Assembly: GCA_944389645.1 (NCBI GenBank)
Contig: CALXMZ010000013.1
Coordinates: 1 to 51,318, forward strand
Direction of reading: 5' to 3'
DNA: 51,318 nt
From: an uncultured Alphaproteobacteria bacterium
Lineage (GTDB): Bacteria > Pseudomonadota > Alphaproteobacteria > Rs-D84
Part shown: in pieces, positions 6,953-18,412 of the stretch
How positions within the stretch are numbered: position 1 is the stretch's first letter
Layout: every line of letters starts with the position of its first letter
Notes under the pieces: model-generated
Told to the model about the DNA's origin: nothing
What the model saw: only the letters and a program-made list of their open reading frames with translations
Database searches by the model: none
Made by a program: the position numbers and the translations under genes

Positions 6953-8220
6953 TATTGATTCATTGAACTAAAGAAATCATCGTTTGTTTTCGTTAATCTT
7001 AATTTATCCAATAAGAATTCCATTGCCTCCAACGTTCCCATAGGATTAATTATGCGACGTAAAACATACATTTTTGCCAAAGTATCTTTACTAACCAATA
7101 AATCTTCTTTACGTGTACCCGATTTTGTAATATCTATTGCTGGGTATACGCGTTTATCAGATAATTTTCTGTCTAATATGATTTCGCTATTACCTGTTCC
7201 CTTAAATTCTTCGAAGATAACCTCGTCCATTTTTGATCCGGTATCAACTAAAGCTGTCGCAATAATGGTTAAAGAGCCACCACCTTCTATATTACGTGCA
7301 GCACCAAAAAAACGCTTTGGTCTTTGCAATGCATACGCATCAACCCCACCTGTTAAAACCTTACCGCTACTTGGTACAACAGTATTATAAGCACGCCCCA
7401 ACCTTGTAATAGAATCCAAAAGAATAACGACATCTTGACCTGCTTCAACTAAACGTTTTGCTTTTTCTATAACCATCTCTGCTACTTGTATATGACGCGC
7501 AGCAGGTTCATCAAAAGTTGAAGAAATAACTTCACCTTTAACACTTCGCTGCATGTCTGTTACCTCTTCTGGTCTTTCGTCAATCAACAAAACAATCAAC
7601 TTTACATCAGGGTAATTAGTAGCTATGGAATGAGCTATATTCTGTAACATGACTGTCTTACCAGTACGAGGCGGTGCAACGATTAAACTTCTTTGCCCCT
7701 TACCCGTAGGTGCGATTAAATCTATAACCCTTGCAGATAAACTACGCCCTTTGTCTTTGTCATCTTCTACTTCCATTTTAAGTCTTTCGTCCGGATACAA
7801 AGGAGTCATATCATCAAAAGATACACGATGACGTAGTTTTTCCGGTTCGGCCCCATTTACGCGTTCTATCGTTTCCAAAGCAAAATAACGTTCAGATTCA
7901 TTCTGTGGTGCTTGAATCTGCCCCTCTACATAATCACCTGTTTTTAAACCATACTTCTTTATTAGTGTAGGAGATACGTACAAATCGTCTGGCCCAGCCA
8001 AATAATTACTTTCTGGAGCTCTTAAAAAACCGAAACCGTCTTGCATACGTTCTAACACTCCGTCACCGATTAACGTAATCTTTTTATCGGCAGCAAAAAC
8101 CCTCATAACCGCGAATCTTAATTGCTGAACGTTTAACTGAGAAGGGTTTTCAATCCCCATATCTTCCGCCATTTTCAACAATTGCTGTGGCGTTTTAGCC
8201 TTTAATTCATTTATGTGCAT
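6952..8220 (-). CDS. rho: transcription termination factor Rho
   Basis: The protein begins [26 protein letters not shown].., followed by DGFGFLR and the Walker A PPRTGKT. The true start is probably the ATG at 8218-8220, because the 28-codon extension in the track runs into the promoter. Confidence 0.95.
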   Translation of the reverse strand: MHINELKAKTPQQLLKMAEDMGIENPSQLNVQQLRFAVMRVFAADKKITLIGDGVLERMQDGFGFLRAPESNYLAGPDDLYVSPTLIKKYGLKTGDYVEGQIQAPQNESERYFALETIERVNGAEPEKLRHRVSFDDMTPLYPDERLKMEVEDDKDKGRSLSARVIDLIAPTGKGQRSLIVAPPRTGKTVMLQNIAHSIATNYPDVKLIVLLIDERPEEVTDMQRSVKGEVISSTFDEPAARHIQVAEMVIEKAKRLVEAGQDVVILLDSITRLGRAYNTVVPSSGKVLTGGVDAYALQRPKRFFGAARNIEGGGSLTIIATALVDTGSKMDEVIFEEFKGTGNSEIILDRKLSDKRVYPAIDITKSGTRKEDLLVSKDTLAKMYVLRRIINPMGTLEAMEFLLDKLRLTKTNDDFFSSMNQ

Positions 8221-8269
8221 ATAAAAAATCCTTTTCTGGAAAATAGGTACGAGAATTCGACCTCTATTG

Positions 8270-8304
8270 ATTGTTTTTATATAATTATATACTTTTTTTG
8301 TCAA
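8270..8304 (-). promoter_or_regulatory. putative sigma70-type promoter of rho
   Basis: The minus strand reads TTGACA (8299-8304), a 17-nt spacer, then TATAAA. Confidence 0.35.
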
Positions 8305-8397
8305 AAAGTCAATGAAATGTATTCAGCTTATTAAAATTCTTGATTTTTGTAATATTTATTGCTCAAATTAATAAATAAAAAGAACAAAGGAAGAAAA

Positions 8398-8853
8398 ATG
8401 GCAGGTAGCATAAATAAAGTTATATTGGTCGGGAACGTGGGGCAAGACCCACAAATTAGAACTATGCAAAATGGTCAGAAAGTTGCAAGTTTTTCTTTAG
8501 CAACTTCGGACAGATGGCGCGATAGACAATCAGGCGAACAAAAAGAACAGACAGAATGGCATAGAGTCGTAATTTTTAACTCTAATCTCGTAGAAGTTGC
8601 AGAAAGGATGTTACAGAAAGGAACCAAGCTTTACTTGGAAGGTTCTTTACGTACGCGCAAATGGCAGAACCAACAAGGTATTGATGTTTACACAACAGAA
8701 GTAGTACTAAACCAATTTGCAGGTCAAATGGTAATATTAAGCGGTGCAAAAAACTTGGATAATAATTCAATGACATCAGATAATACTTTACAGCAACCTC
8801 AAACACACGAAGAAATATCAATATCAGATATAGGTGATGATATACCATTCTAA
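8398..8853 (+). CDS. ssb: single-stranded DNA-binding protein
   Basis: The protein reads [30 protein letters not shown].. with the C-terminal acidic tip DDIPF. A GGAAG SD precedes the ATG at 8398. Confidence 0.95.
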   Translation: MAGSINKVILVGNVGQDPQIRTMQNGQKVASFSLATSDRWRDRQSGEQKEQTEWHRVVIFNSNLVEVAERMLQKGTKLYLEGSLRTRKWQNQQGIDVYTTEVVLNQFAGQMVILSGAKNLDNNSMTSDNTLQQPQTHEEISISDIGDDIPF

Positions 8854-8854
8854 T

Positions 8855-8880
8855 AAAAAACCTCGGATATGAGGTTTTTT
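8855..8880. terminator. bidirectional intrinsic terminator between ssb and the autotransporter gene
   Basis: The sequence aaaaaacctc-ggatat-gaggtttttt has A/T runs on both sides of the hairpin. Confidence 0.65.
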
Positions 8881-8894
8881 ATTAGGGTATTAAA

Positions 8895-11800
8895 TTAAAA
8901 TCTATAAGACCCCGATACTTTTATATTATGTAATTGTATAGCAGAATTATACTGATAGCGATAGTCCATACCTATTTGAATACCATTTGCAGATAAAACC
9001 TCGATTCCTCCACCTATATTTGCCCATAATGGATTGACGTCAATATCGTAATCGGTATAAGAATGAGCTAGTGCAAATTTATATTTAACTGAATCTGGTG
9101 CCCCCAATACATCATATTCTAAACCGATAGAAGCATATGGTCGAATCTGCAGCCATGCAGATGGGTAGATTCTTTTCTGAGCCATCAATGAATAACCAGG
9201 CGTAAGAATCATATAACCATCAGACTTTAAATTCATATAGTCTTGGTTGTCAGCTTTTTCTTTTACAGAAAAACCGAAATTATACCCAATACGAGCATAC
9301 AAATTACCAACTACATACTGATTCAACCAATCATGTAATAAGCCCCATTCACTTATCAAACTAAACGACGTACCAGAACCATCAATATCTCCAACTAATA
9401 ATTGATTCCTAGAAACATCTAATAAATGAGCATCTAAAAAGGCGTTACCATAAATTCTTGTTTTTTCACCTAATATTTTCATTAAATATCCACCAAAACC
9501 TATGTTTGTATCAGAGACGTCCGTTTTTACGCTTCCGATCATAACCTCATTTGGTTTATAACTTAAATCTATCGTATCAGAAAATTCACTAGAAGTATTA
9601 GAAATATGCCCAGTTAAACCTAATATCATGGTATCAGAATATTGCCAGTCAAAACCTCCGGCTATATTAAAACGGTTACCATCAACGCTATTATTATCAG
9701 ACTCTTTCTGATTAAACATTCCAAAGTCTACATCTAACCAAGATTTTTTCAAATTTCTATTACGATTCCATACAAACTCATCAAACATATGATCTTCAAA
9801 AGAACGATAATTGGTATGTTCATTTAATATGATACTACCGGCAATCTGTTCAAGTTCACGCACCTGGAACAAACGACTAAACTTAACCAAAGAAGTCCCA
9901 TCTCTAGACATGTAATAATATTCCATACGATTATACAACTCCTGTGCCATTTCATATAAATTAGTACCTTGGAATATAACAGGTATAGCCTCTATCGGAG
10001 TATCATAGAAGAAGCCTTTATTTAACAGTTGCCCAAAAATCAAATTATCCAAAGCACCTGCAGATACAAAATCACCTTCTGTATGCCCATCTGATTGAGC
10101 AACTATGGGTTGAATATCAAATACCTCAACCGGTCCACCAAATCTTGGGTCAAAAACCACATATATACTATCCTCTAATCCGTCACCATCAGTATCACGC
10201 ATTGACAAATAAGCAGGTAAATCAGTACTTGTACCATTGTTTGTATTTAAAGAATCTAAATAATTAAAGCAAATACTTCCGTCTGCATTACAAAAGTTTA
10301 CATTCAAGTTACGAATTTTATCGCTTAGTTCCACAATTCCTTCATCTGCATGCACCAACCATATAGCTGTACCTTGATTTACAATATCAAACAAATTAAT
10401 ACCTATTTGCCCATCTTGCAAAGAGCTATTATTAGAATGTTCACCGAAACCTGAAACATCTGAAATAAATTCACCTCCAACAGAAATCATAGCTTCAGCA
10501 TCATCGGGATTCGTTATTATCCCCAAAGTATTATCCGCATTTAAACTAACCGTTGACCAATAATTGCGTGTTGTAGAGTTTATAGAAGGTCCTGCCGCAT
10601 AAGGTAAAACAGCAACATTTAAAGAACTATCGTTATTAAATATATAATTACCACCAATAGTCATCTGTTCTATGCCAATAAAACCGACACCTCCAGACAC
10701 AGAATTTTTAACATTTACATTCATCCAATTATTTGAAGGATTTGCATAAAACTTCAAATTAACGGCTTGAATGCTACCACCAACATCGATATCACTTGAA
10801 TTAACGATCATAGTTTCGGATATTTGATTTATATCAGAAGTAACGTTAAAATTATTGGCCGTTATTGTATAATCATTAGACAATATATTTACATCACCAG
10901 CCCCCAAAGAATCATTATAATTTTGATACAAACTTCCATTAACAGAAAATGCACCATTTGCCACCAAACCTAGACCACTAAGCACAATTATTCCTGCGTT
11001 ACCTGTAGAAAGGTTCGATACTTCTAAGAACGCTTCTCCGGAATCTAATGTCAAATTACCTGTATTTGATATAACACCTAAACTTATTCCATCATTTGCG
11101 ACCAAAGCCAACGTTCCAGAATTGTTTAAATCTTGAGCACTTATCGATGTAGCCGTAAAATTTACATTTGCCGTATTCGCAACATTTATTTCACCTTCAA
11201 CCGTTGCAATTCCATCAAAATGATACGTGGCATTTCCTGCATTTGCGCTAAACATTCCATTAATATTTAAATCACCATCAGAATTTAAAATAAAATTATC
11301 ATTTGTTAAATTAAACGAACCTGTTTCTGCACCTTGAACCAAATTTCCAGTAATAGTAATATCATTTTCAGTTGCTATACTGTTTACATTTACATTTAAA
11401 GTCCCGGAAGTTACGGTTACAAAATTAGCAGACAGAGAGTTACCAAGTATATCCATAACACCACCAGAAATGTCTATTGTACCGGTTGTTATTGCCGCAC
11501 CATTTAATACTAAATCATCACTATTTGTAACATCTCCTAATATCATATTACCAGAAGAAATCAATGTTGCAGAAGAATTGTTTATAACATCAGAACCATT
11601 AATAAGATTAGTATTTACAGACAAAATTCCAGAATTAGTAATCTTATTATCAAATTCAACGAATGTATTTGAATCAATATCCAATGTCCCCCCATTAACT
11701 ATTAAACCAGACAAAGATACAGATGTGCCGGAATTAACGATGAAAGTATTACCAGAGGCGATTGAAACGCCTCCTGATAAATCTATTTCTGAATTATTTG

Positions 11801-13922
11801 TTTGTAACGTTAATGTATTTGTACCGTTTACGATAAGCCCTGTTGTTGGAGAATCACCATTAAACCATACCCCCCCAACCAAATCAATTAAACCATCTGT
11901 TGCAATTATCTGATTTCCTTTAGCAATTATTTGTCCATTTGTAGTACCAAAATTAGTTAAAGAACCTACCGTTGTACTTCCTGTAACAAATTCAACTGTT
12001 CCACCATTATTAGCAACGACATCTCCAGCAACTCTTAAATTTTGTAAATTGCTGGTACCAAAAACGACCTCGCTTAACCCAGAAACATCAACATTTTGGT
12101 TAACAGATATATTATCAGCTGATAAAACTATATTCCTAGAATTTATATTATCTGTTGCTATAATTCCCCCCAAATTTATAGCACCATTTGTAGAGGTTAA
12201 TGAAAAATTAGGTGAACCATACGCAGCAATATTAACGTTTCCTGATTCATTTGAATTATAACCACTAAGTACAATATTACCATCAATATCAATTGACTGA
12301 TCTACGATCAGAGATTTCGTTGCTTGACCGATATTAAGTACACCACCGGAAACGTTTAAACTTCCACTTAAAGATATCGAACCAATTAACGCATTTAAAT
12401 TTACGTTGCCACCATTCACATCTAAAGAACCCATTTGTAATTTACTTCCAGAAGTATCAGAAGCATATATAGAAGTTGTTCCTCCATTGTTTATCAACAA
12501 ACCAGAAATAGAAACATCATTTGAGTTAATTGTAATTGTTCCATTATTATTAGAAACATCGCCATTAATAGCTATTAAACCACTTTCGCTAGTTGAAGAA
12601 ATTATTTCTAAATTTCCATTTCCATTTGAAACACCCTGTAACTGTACGGTAGCGCCACTCAAAGACATATTACCATTATTTGATACGTTACCAACAACTA
12701 TTAAATTACCATCAGCATCTATTGACGTATTAGAACCATCAATGCTACTTATAATTCCAGAAACATTTATTGCACCACCAGAACCTGTGATAGTGGAAAT
12801 AGATAATTCAGCCCCTGTTCCCGTAGCATTATTTGTAACAGAATTAGCTATAATTGAATTCGCAATCAATGTCATATTAGCAGAGGAATTATTCTGCCCG
12901 TTAAGAATATTATTTAGAGTTAAAGAACCGTTTCTTATAGCCAAATAAAATTCATTTAAATTATTTTCAGATATCTGTTGCCATAAATCGTCAGAATTAC
13001 CGTCTCCCAGGACTAAAGTACCTGTATCCAAATGAAATGTATTATCTGTTTCCATACCATTAAGGTTAAAACCGTAAGCTAAATTCGTTTCATTTGTAAT
13101 TACTGCATACAAATTTCCAGAATTTATAAAAGATGCATCAGCAGAACTACCACCAGCCACACTTAACGAGTCCGCATAAATATTCATCGTCCCAAAATTT
13201 GAATCATTTTTAATTGTAGCTGTACCAGTAAGAGAAATATTTACAACATCATCGTCTGCTATTCTCCCTATTTCCATCAACGCTCCTGAATTTTCTATAC
13301 TTCCGGACGAACTTATATTTCCACCAGACAACATGTAAAAATTACTTGCTCCTTCTATATTCTGTATTGTGCCCGAAGAAACTATACTATCAGCTTGAAT
13401 ATTAACATTCCCTGTACCCTTATTAGTCAATAAAGCAACAGTTAAAACGTCGTTAACATTAATTGTTGTATTACCGCCAGTTATATTTATTGCTCCAGAA
13501 TTTACCGTATTAGCATAAATAGAAAGCCCATTTTCTACAGTAAGAGACCCCGATATCTCGAGCAAATCAGCATCTTGTATCGTTAAATTACCTACCGCCA
13601 CAACGTCATTAAGGCTTATATTAACCGGCGTTCCTAAAGTGTTTTCTAACCCAAGTACATATCCTTCAGCAATTGAAAGTAAATCGCTAACAACTATTGG
13701 TCCTGCAGAATTTATTGTGAAATTCGTCTGATTAATACCAGTACCTGCATAATAATTCCCGTCAATAGGACTTTCTGGAATTTCGTATCCTATCAGCATA
13801 TTTGAAACGCTAACCCCAGCCGTATCAAACACAGAGCCATTACCTGTTTCAACCACATAAGGAGCAGCATCAGCAACCAATGGCATACCGAAAATCATAA
13901 AAAAAATTATCTTTTTCTTCAT
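8895..13922 (-). CDS. giant autotransporter (type Va) adhesin-like protein, 1675 aa
   Basis: A signal peptide is followed by about 1350 aa of N/G/S/T/I/V-rich beta-helix-like repeats (..GGAINVSG.., ..SGAINITGG..). A C-terminal region of about 280 aa has alternating hydrophobic residues and ends ..VSGSYRF, the typical outer-membrane barrel terminus. Confidence 0.9.
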   Translation of the reverse strand: MKKKIIFFMIFGMPLVADAAPYVVETGNGSVFDTAGVSVSNMLIGYEIPESPIDGNYYAGTGINQTNFTINSAGPIVVSDLLSIAEGYVLGLENTLGTPVNISLNDVVAVGNLTIQDADLLEISGSLTVENGLSIYANTVNSGAINITGGNTTINVNDVLTVALLTNKGTGNVNIQADSIVSSGTIQNIEGASNFYMLSGGNISSSGSIENSGALMEIGRIADDDVVNISLTGTATIKNDSNFGTMNIYADSLSVAGGSSADASFINSGNLYAVITNETNLAYGFNLNGMETDNTFHLDTGTLVLGDGNSDDLWQQISENNLNEFYLAIRNGSLTLNNILNGQNNSSANMTLIANSIIANSVTNNATGTGAELSISTITGSGGAINVSGIISSIDGSNTSIDADGNLIVVGNVSNNGNMSLSGATVQLQGVSNGNGNLEIISSTSESGLIAINGDVSNNNGTITINSNDVSISGLLINNGGTTSIYASDTSGSKLQMGSLDVNGGNVNLNALIGSISLSGSLNVSGGVLNIGQATKSLIVDQSIDIDGNIVLSGYNSNESGNVNIAAYGSPNFSLTSTNGAINLGGIIATDNINSRNIVLSADNISVNQNVDVSGLSEVVFGTSNLQNLRVAGDVVANNGGTVEFVTGSTTVGSLTNFGTTNGQIIAKGNQIIATDGLIDLVGGVWFNGDSPTTGLIVNGTNTLTLQTNNSEIDLSGGVSIASGNTFIVNSGTSVSLSGLIVNGGTLDIDSNTFVEFDNKITNSGILSVNTNLINGSDVINNSSATLISSGNMILGDVTNSDDLVLNGAAITTGTIDISGGVMDILGNSLSANFVTVTSGTLNVNVNSIATENDITITGNLVQGAETGSFNLTNDNFILNSDGDLNINGMFSANAGNATYHFDGIATVEGEINVANTANVNFTATSISAQDLNNSGTLALVANDGISLGVISNTGNLTLDSGEAFLEVSNLSTGNAGIIVLSGLGLVANGAFSVNGSLYQNYNDSLGAGDVNILSNDYTITANNFNVTSDINQISETMIVNSSDIDVGGSIQAVNLKFYANPSNNWMNVNVKNSVSGGVGFIGIEQMTIGGNYIFNNDSSLNVAVLPYAAGPSINSTTRNYWSTVSLNADNTLGIITNPDDAEAMISVGGEFISDVSGFGEHSNNSSLQDGQIGINLFDIVNQGTAIWLVHADEGIVELSDKIRNLNVNFCNADGSICFNYLDSLNTNNGTSTDLPAYLSMRDTDGDGLEDSIYVVFDPRFGGPVEVFDIQPIVAQSDGHTEGDFVSAGALDNLIFGQLLNKGFFYDTPIEAIPVIFQGTNLYEMAQELYNRMEYYYMSRDGTSLVKFSRLFQVRELEQIAGSIILNEHTNYRSFEDHMFDEFVWNRNRNLKKSWLDVDFGMFNQKESDNNSVDGNRFNIAGGFDWQYSDTMILGLTGHISNTSSEFSDTIDLSYKPNEVMIGSVKTDVSDTNIGFGGYLMKILGEKTRIYGNAFLDAHLLDVSRNQLLVGDIDGSGTSFSLISEWGLLHDWLNQYVVGNLYARIGYNFGFSVKEKADNQDYMNLKSDGYMILTPGYSLMAQKRIYPSAWLQIRPYASIGLEYDVLGAPDSVKYKFALAHSYTDYDIDVNPLWANIGGGIEVLSANGIQIGMDYRYQYNSAIQLHNIKVSGSYRF

Positions 13923-14025
13923 ATTTTTATTTTCTTCCTATCGTTTTTATGATTACATTATGACACAATTCGTCAGATAAGACAAGACGTAAACATCTAA
14001 TAAATTTAATAAAAGGAGAAAATAG

Positions 14026-15288
<1,263 letters not shown>

Positions 15289-15300
15289 TAAGTATAAACT

Positions 15301-15320
15301 GGGGCGAATTAAATCGCCCC
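15301..15320. other. GC-rich hairpin between eno and the next gene (no U-tract)
   Basis: The hairpin is ggggcga-attaaa-tcgcccc. Its arm GGGGCGAAT is the same 9-mer as at 3393-3401. Confidence 0.4.
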
Positions 15321-15339
15321 AAAAAGGAAAAAGATAAAT

Positions 15340-15549
15340 ATGTTCAATGATTATACAATAATTTTATTATATACAAAATATCTTATTTCTTTTATTCTTA
15401 TTTTCATAATAATAATGTTACCAGCATGGTTAGCTCGTCAGACGAAAAAAACTAATTATGAAATGCTTAAAATACGATTAGCAAGCTGGATTTTCGGTTG
15501 GACCATAATCGGCTGGTTATGGGCTTTGTTTTACAGTATAAAAAAATAA
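15340..15549 (+). CDS. superinfection-immunity (Imm) family small membrane protein
   Basis: This 69-aa protein has two TM helices. ..LPAWLARQTKKTNYEMLKIRLASWIFGWTIIGWLWALFYSI resembles the Imm_superinfect signature (..A..R.h....i...N...GWT.iGW..AliWA). Confidence 0.65.
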   Translation: MFNDYTIILLYTKYLISFILIFIIIMLPAWLARQTKKTNYEMLKIRLASWIFGWTIIGWLWALFYSIKK

Positions 15550-15572
15550 AAAAGAAGAGAAAAACTCTTCTT
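15541..15572 (-). terminator. intrinsic terminator for the small minus-strand gene 15607-15759
   Basis: On the minus strand the hairpin aagaagag-ttttt-ctcttctt is followed by ttttttatttttt. Confidence 0.55.
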
Positions 15573-15606
15573 ATAAAACATATAATTTATAAATTAAAAT
15601 CATAAT

Positions 15607-15759
15607 TTATAAATCTTTCCCGAAATTAACACCACGATGCTCAAACGCTTCAACCAAATTAACAGCAACTTTTGTAGTAGCATTTTTATATGCGACTTTT
15701 TCACTTTCTTTCTGCAATTTATTAGTTGCTTTATTAAAACCGCTCATTTTTTCAGTCAT
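15607..15759 (-). CDS. small hypothetical protein (50 aa), not in ORF track
   Basis: My translation is MTEKMSGFNKATNKLQKESEKVAYKNATTKVAVNLVEAFEHRGVNFGKDL. An AAGAGG SD lies 8 nt upstream, with its own TTGACA/TATATT promoter and a downstream terminator. The overlapping plus-strand ORF 15637-15855 looks like antisense noise. Confidence 0.55.
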   Translation of the reverse strand: MTEKMSGFNKATNKLQKESEKVAYKNATTKVAVNLVEAFEHRGVNFGKDL

Positions 15760-15801
15760 CTTAAATGCCTCTTAAAAAAACATCTCTCTGACACGACAAA
15801 A

Positions 15802-15828
15802 AATATACCAATATTTTATTTTTGTCAA
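15802..15828 (-). promoter_or_regulatory. putative promoter of the 50-aa gene
   Basis: The minus strand reads TTGACA (15823-15828), a 15-nt spacer, then TATATT (15802-15807). Confidence 0.35.
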
Positions 15829-15861
15829 GCATTTTCGTCAGAAATTTTTTCATAGTAATAT

Positions 15862-17436
15862 TTATTCCTGACAACCATATAACCCACAAACGCTCTGTTC
15901 TTCTATAGCATACTCTTCTACGACTATAGGTGAAGCTTTGGCAGGTTCTTCATAATGAATCTCTTTTACAACTTTAACTCTACGATTTTCTGCGTTCGGA
16001 ACATTATCTGGTGTTGGCACTGCTAAATCCTCTTCACCGGCGGATACAGCAACTATCTGACTCGCAGGTATACCATATTTTATCAGCATTTTCTGAACAG
16101 CTTCGGCTCTACGCCCACCCAAAGCATAATTATAATCTTTAGATCCCATCGTATCCGTATGACCAACAACAGAAACTTTTATATTTTTGTTAGCTTGCGT
16201 TGCTGTCGCTAATTGTTTTATAAGCTCATCATATTCTGGTTTTATAGTTGCTTTATCAAAATCGAACCTTATTTCCAAAATTTCTTCCATAACATGCTGC
16301 GTAGGTTCTAGTGGTATTTGTTGAACCTTTATTATAGTTTTTTCTTCAGAATTTGCCTGAAGCTGATCTAATCTAGAATTTATTGCTATTAGTTCTTCTC
16401 TCATAGCCATCATCATATTAATAAATTCTTCACGCGTTACCAATTCATCACCTATCATAGGTATCTGCTCTGTAACTGATTCCTGAACTGATTCTTGATT
16501 AGCAACAGATTCTACCACAGAAGTTTCGACCACACAATCTGCTTCGTCTTTACTTACGCAATCTTTTATAGCGTTTTTATTATTACTATTACTAATTGTC
16601 TTATCACCGCCATAGATATTTTGATTAAAAACTAACGGCTGAACGGGAACGGGGTTTATTAAATGTTCCGGTACATTTACGTTGTTAACAATTATGACAC
16701 CTTCACGAGCCATACCAGTACCACGCATCTGAGACAAATTTCTTGTATCTGGATAATAATTTTGTCCGCAATCTTTTCCCGCACAATCATCTATTTTCAT
16801 AGCAACATTCATTTGTTCGCCATTTCCAGTAGTTTTTGTTTCTATAAATTCGACCTTTTCTTTACATGAAACCTTACCGTTAGTACAATCCTTTAAGGCA
16901 GTCATTGTTTTCTGAAACCGAGATTTACACTCGTTCGCTGTACCAACTTGCCCACTTGCAGAAGCCGACAGCCAGCAATCAAATTTTGCTTGTGCTTCTG
17001 CCACTAGCTCTGGATTTAAAATGCTTGCATCATTTTTTAGCTCATCTATCAAATTATTATAAGCAGTATATAACTCGAACGCTTCTTGGTCATTTTCAAC
17101 AGGCCAATTGTCTAAATTTTCAGGAAATGGGAGTTCACCAGAAAAAGCAGCAACTGCTTTTTGAGCAAATAATTCACCCATATCAGGGTAACCACTTGTT
17201 CTAGCATTATATATTGCATAAGATCTATAATTCATAGCAAGCTGATTTAAAAAAGAATCTTTATGCGGTGCCGAATAAACGTCTAAATTTTCAACATAAT
17301 CTACTGTCGGGGTATTTTGCGTCAAATATTCAACATCATTTTTATTTGAACCTGCACATCCTATTAAAGGCATGACAGACAACAAAACACAAACATGCTT
17401 AAATATTGATTGCGTTGTATAATATTTATTTTTCAT
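15862..17436 (-). CDS. OmpA-family peptidoglycan-associated lipoprotein with long N-terminal domain
   Basis: The lipobox is ..MPLIGCAG. The C-terminal OmpA domain reads FDFDKATIKPEY...VVGHTDTMGSKDYNYALGGRRAEAV...NAENRRVKV. Confidence 0.88.
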   Translation of the reverse strand: MKNKYYTTQSIFKHVCVLLSVMPLIGCAGSNKNDVEYLTQNTPTVDYVENLDVYSAPHKDSFLNQLAMNYRSYAIYNARTSGYPDMGELFAQKAVAAFSGELPFPENLDNWPVENDQEAFELYTAYNNLIDELKNDASILNPELVAEAQAKFDCWLSASASGQVGTANECKSRFQKTMTALKDCTNGKVSCKEKVEFIETKTTGNGEQMNVAMKIDDCAGKDCGQNYYPDTRNLSQMRGTGMAREGVIIVNNVNVPEHLINPVPVQPLVFNQNIYGGDKTISNSNNKNAIKDCVSKDEADCVVETSVVESVANQESVQESVTEQIPMIGDELVTREEFINMMMAMREELIAINSRLDQLQANSEEKTIIKVQQIPLEPTQHVMEEILEIRFDFDKATIKPEYDELIKQLATATQANKNIKVSVVGHTDTMGSKDYNYALGGRRAEAVQKMLIKYGIPASQIVAVSAGEEDLAVPTPDNVPNAENRRVKVVKEIHYEEPAKASPIVVEEYAIEEQSVCGLYGCQE

Positions 17437-17523
17437 AAAATACCCTTTTTATAATTGATATTATTATACGATTTTTCACACTACGAGTAAAGTATAAAAA
17501 ACAAATAAGAAAAAATATATGGA

Positions 17524-18327
17524 TCATTTATTAAAAAGTTGTGAAGCCATGCTACCGAAAGAAGACAAAGAAGAGCCCAAGCCTCCACCACCAGTAATTC
17601 CCTGAACCTGTTCCATAATACTTCCTGTATTTGTAGATTGCCCCATACTAGAAACCGTATTAGTTAAGAATTCACCCCACATAGCACGTTTCTTTGCGTT
17701 TAACTTAGAATCTGAACATTCTTCAACTTTAGCAGTTAATTTACCAACCATAGTTATTTCTTGAGCAGAAGTATAATCAGAATCGTAAAAATCTATCAAA
17801 TTGAAGATATCATATATATTGGACGCTGTTTTTTTCTCTTTATCCGAGCAAGAATTACTACCGTCAACACAATATGTTGCCACTGTAGCTTTAGGATAAA
17901 ACTCCCAAACCATACCTTCATCTGTAAAATACTCATAACATATATTATCTTCATTTGTAATTGCGGATAACATCAAAGAAGTTTTATAACCATCTGCAAC
18001 AACATCACATCTTTTTCCTAATCTAGCTTGAACTTCTTCTGCGCTCATAGAACCTGTTTTAGCCCATTCTTTTACAAGTTCATTTACAAAAGCAATTTCT
18101 TGACTGCTAGGTATACAATTACTTGTAAGTTCTTTCTGTTTTGCGCTCAGTTCTTTAACGCCTGCAATCAATCCTATAACAGTAGGCACAAGACTATTTA
18201 CCGTCGAACCAGATGAAGCTTCCTGAGTTGCAACAGGGGCGGCCTTTTTAATTGTTATTGCCCTGCAGTCTTTGCAACAAACAAAGCCGAAACATAAAAC
18301 CATAAAAAACAATAGATATTTTTTCAT
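17524..18327 (-). CDS. secreted Cys-containing hypothetical protein with G/S-rich C-terminal tail
   Basis: This 267-aa protein has a signal peptide, about 10 Cys and the tail ..GITGGGGLGSSLSSFGSMASQLFNK. I recognise no family. Confidence 0.75.
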   Translation of the reverse strand: MKKYLLFFMVLCFGFVCCKDCRAITIKKAAPVATQEASSGSTVNSLVPTVIGLIAGVKELSAKQKELTSNCIPSSQEIAFVNELVKEWAKTGSMSAEEVQARLGKRCDVVADGYKTSLMLSAITNEDNICYEYFTDEGMVWEFYPKATVATYCVDGSNSCSDKEKKTASNIYDIFNLIDFYDSDYTSAQEITMVGKLTAKVEECSDSKLNAKKRAMWGEFLTNTVSSMGQSTNTGSIMEQVQGITGGGGLGSSLSSFGSMASQLFNK

Positions 18328-18412
18328 CTCTCTTTAGAAGATTATACCATAAAAAAAATCATGAATAAATATAAAAATTGCTTTTTATAAAAAGTCGCGT
18401 TAAACTAAGCGT

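Noticed and set aside
8221-8397. The N-terminal extensions of rho (to 8304) and ssb (from 8359) given in the track.
   Set aside because: The extensions run into the divergent promoter region. Conserved N-termini begin at MHINELK (8220) and MAGSINK (8398), and the latter has an SD.
11470-12948. Long plus-strand ORFs (147, 70 and 180 aa) inside the autotransporter gene.
   Set aside because: They are antisense to a strongly supported 1675-aa gene. Repetitive, stop-poor antisense frames are expected from the biased N/G/S/T/I/V codon composition. The products are low-complexity P/E/I/L strings.
15301-15320. The hairpin ggggcga-attaaa-tcgcccc after eno, considered as an intrinsic terminator.
   Set aside because: There is no U-tract on either strand (A-run downstream on plus, none on minus). 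It is kept only as a hairpin or possible repeat-family member.
15637-15855. A 72-aa plus-strand ORF.
   Set aside because: The F/C/I-rich translation looks like noise. The opposite strand carries a 50-aa ORF with a promoter, SD and terminator, which I preferred.
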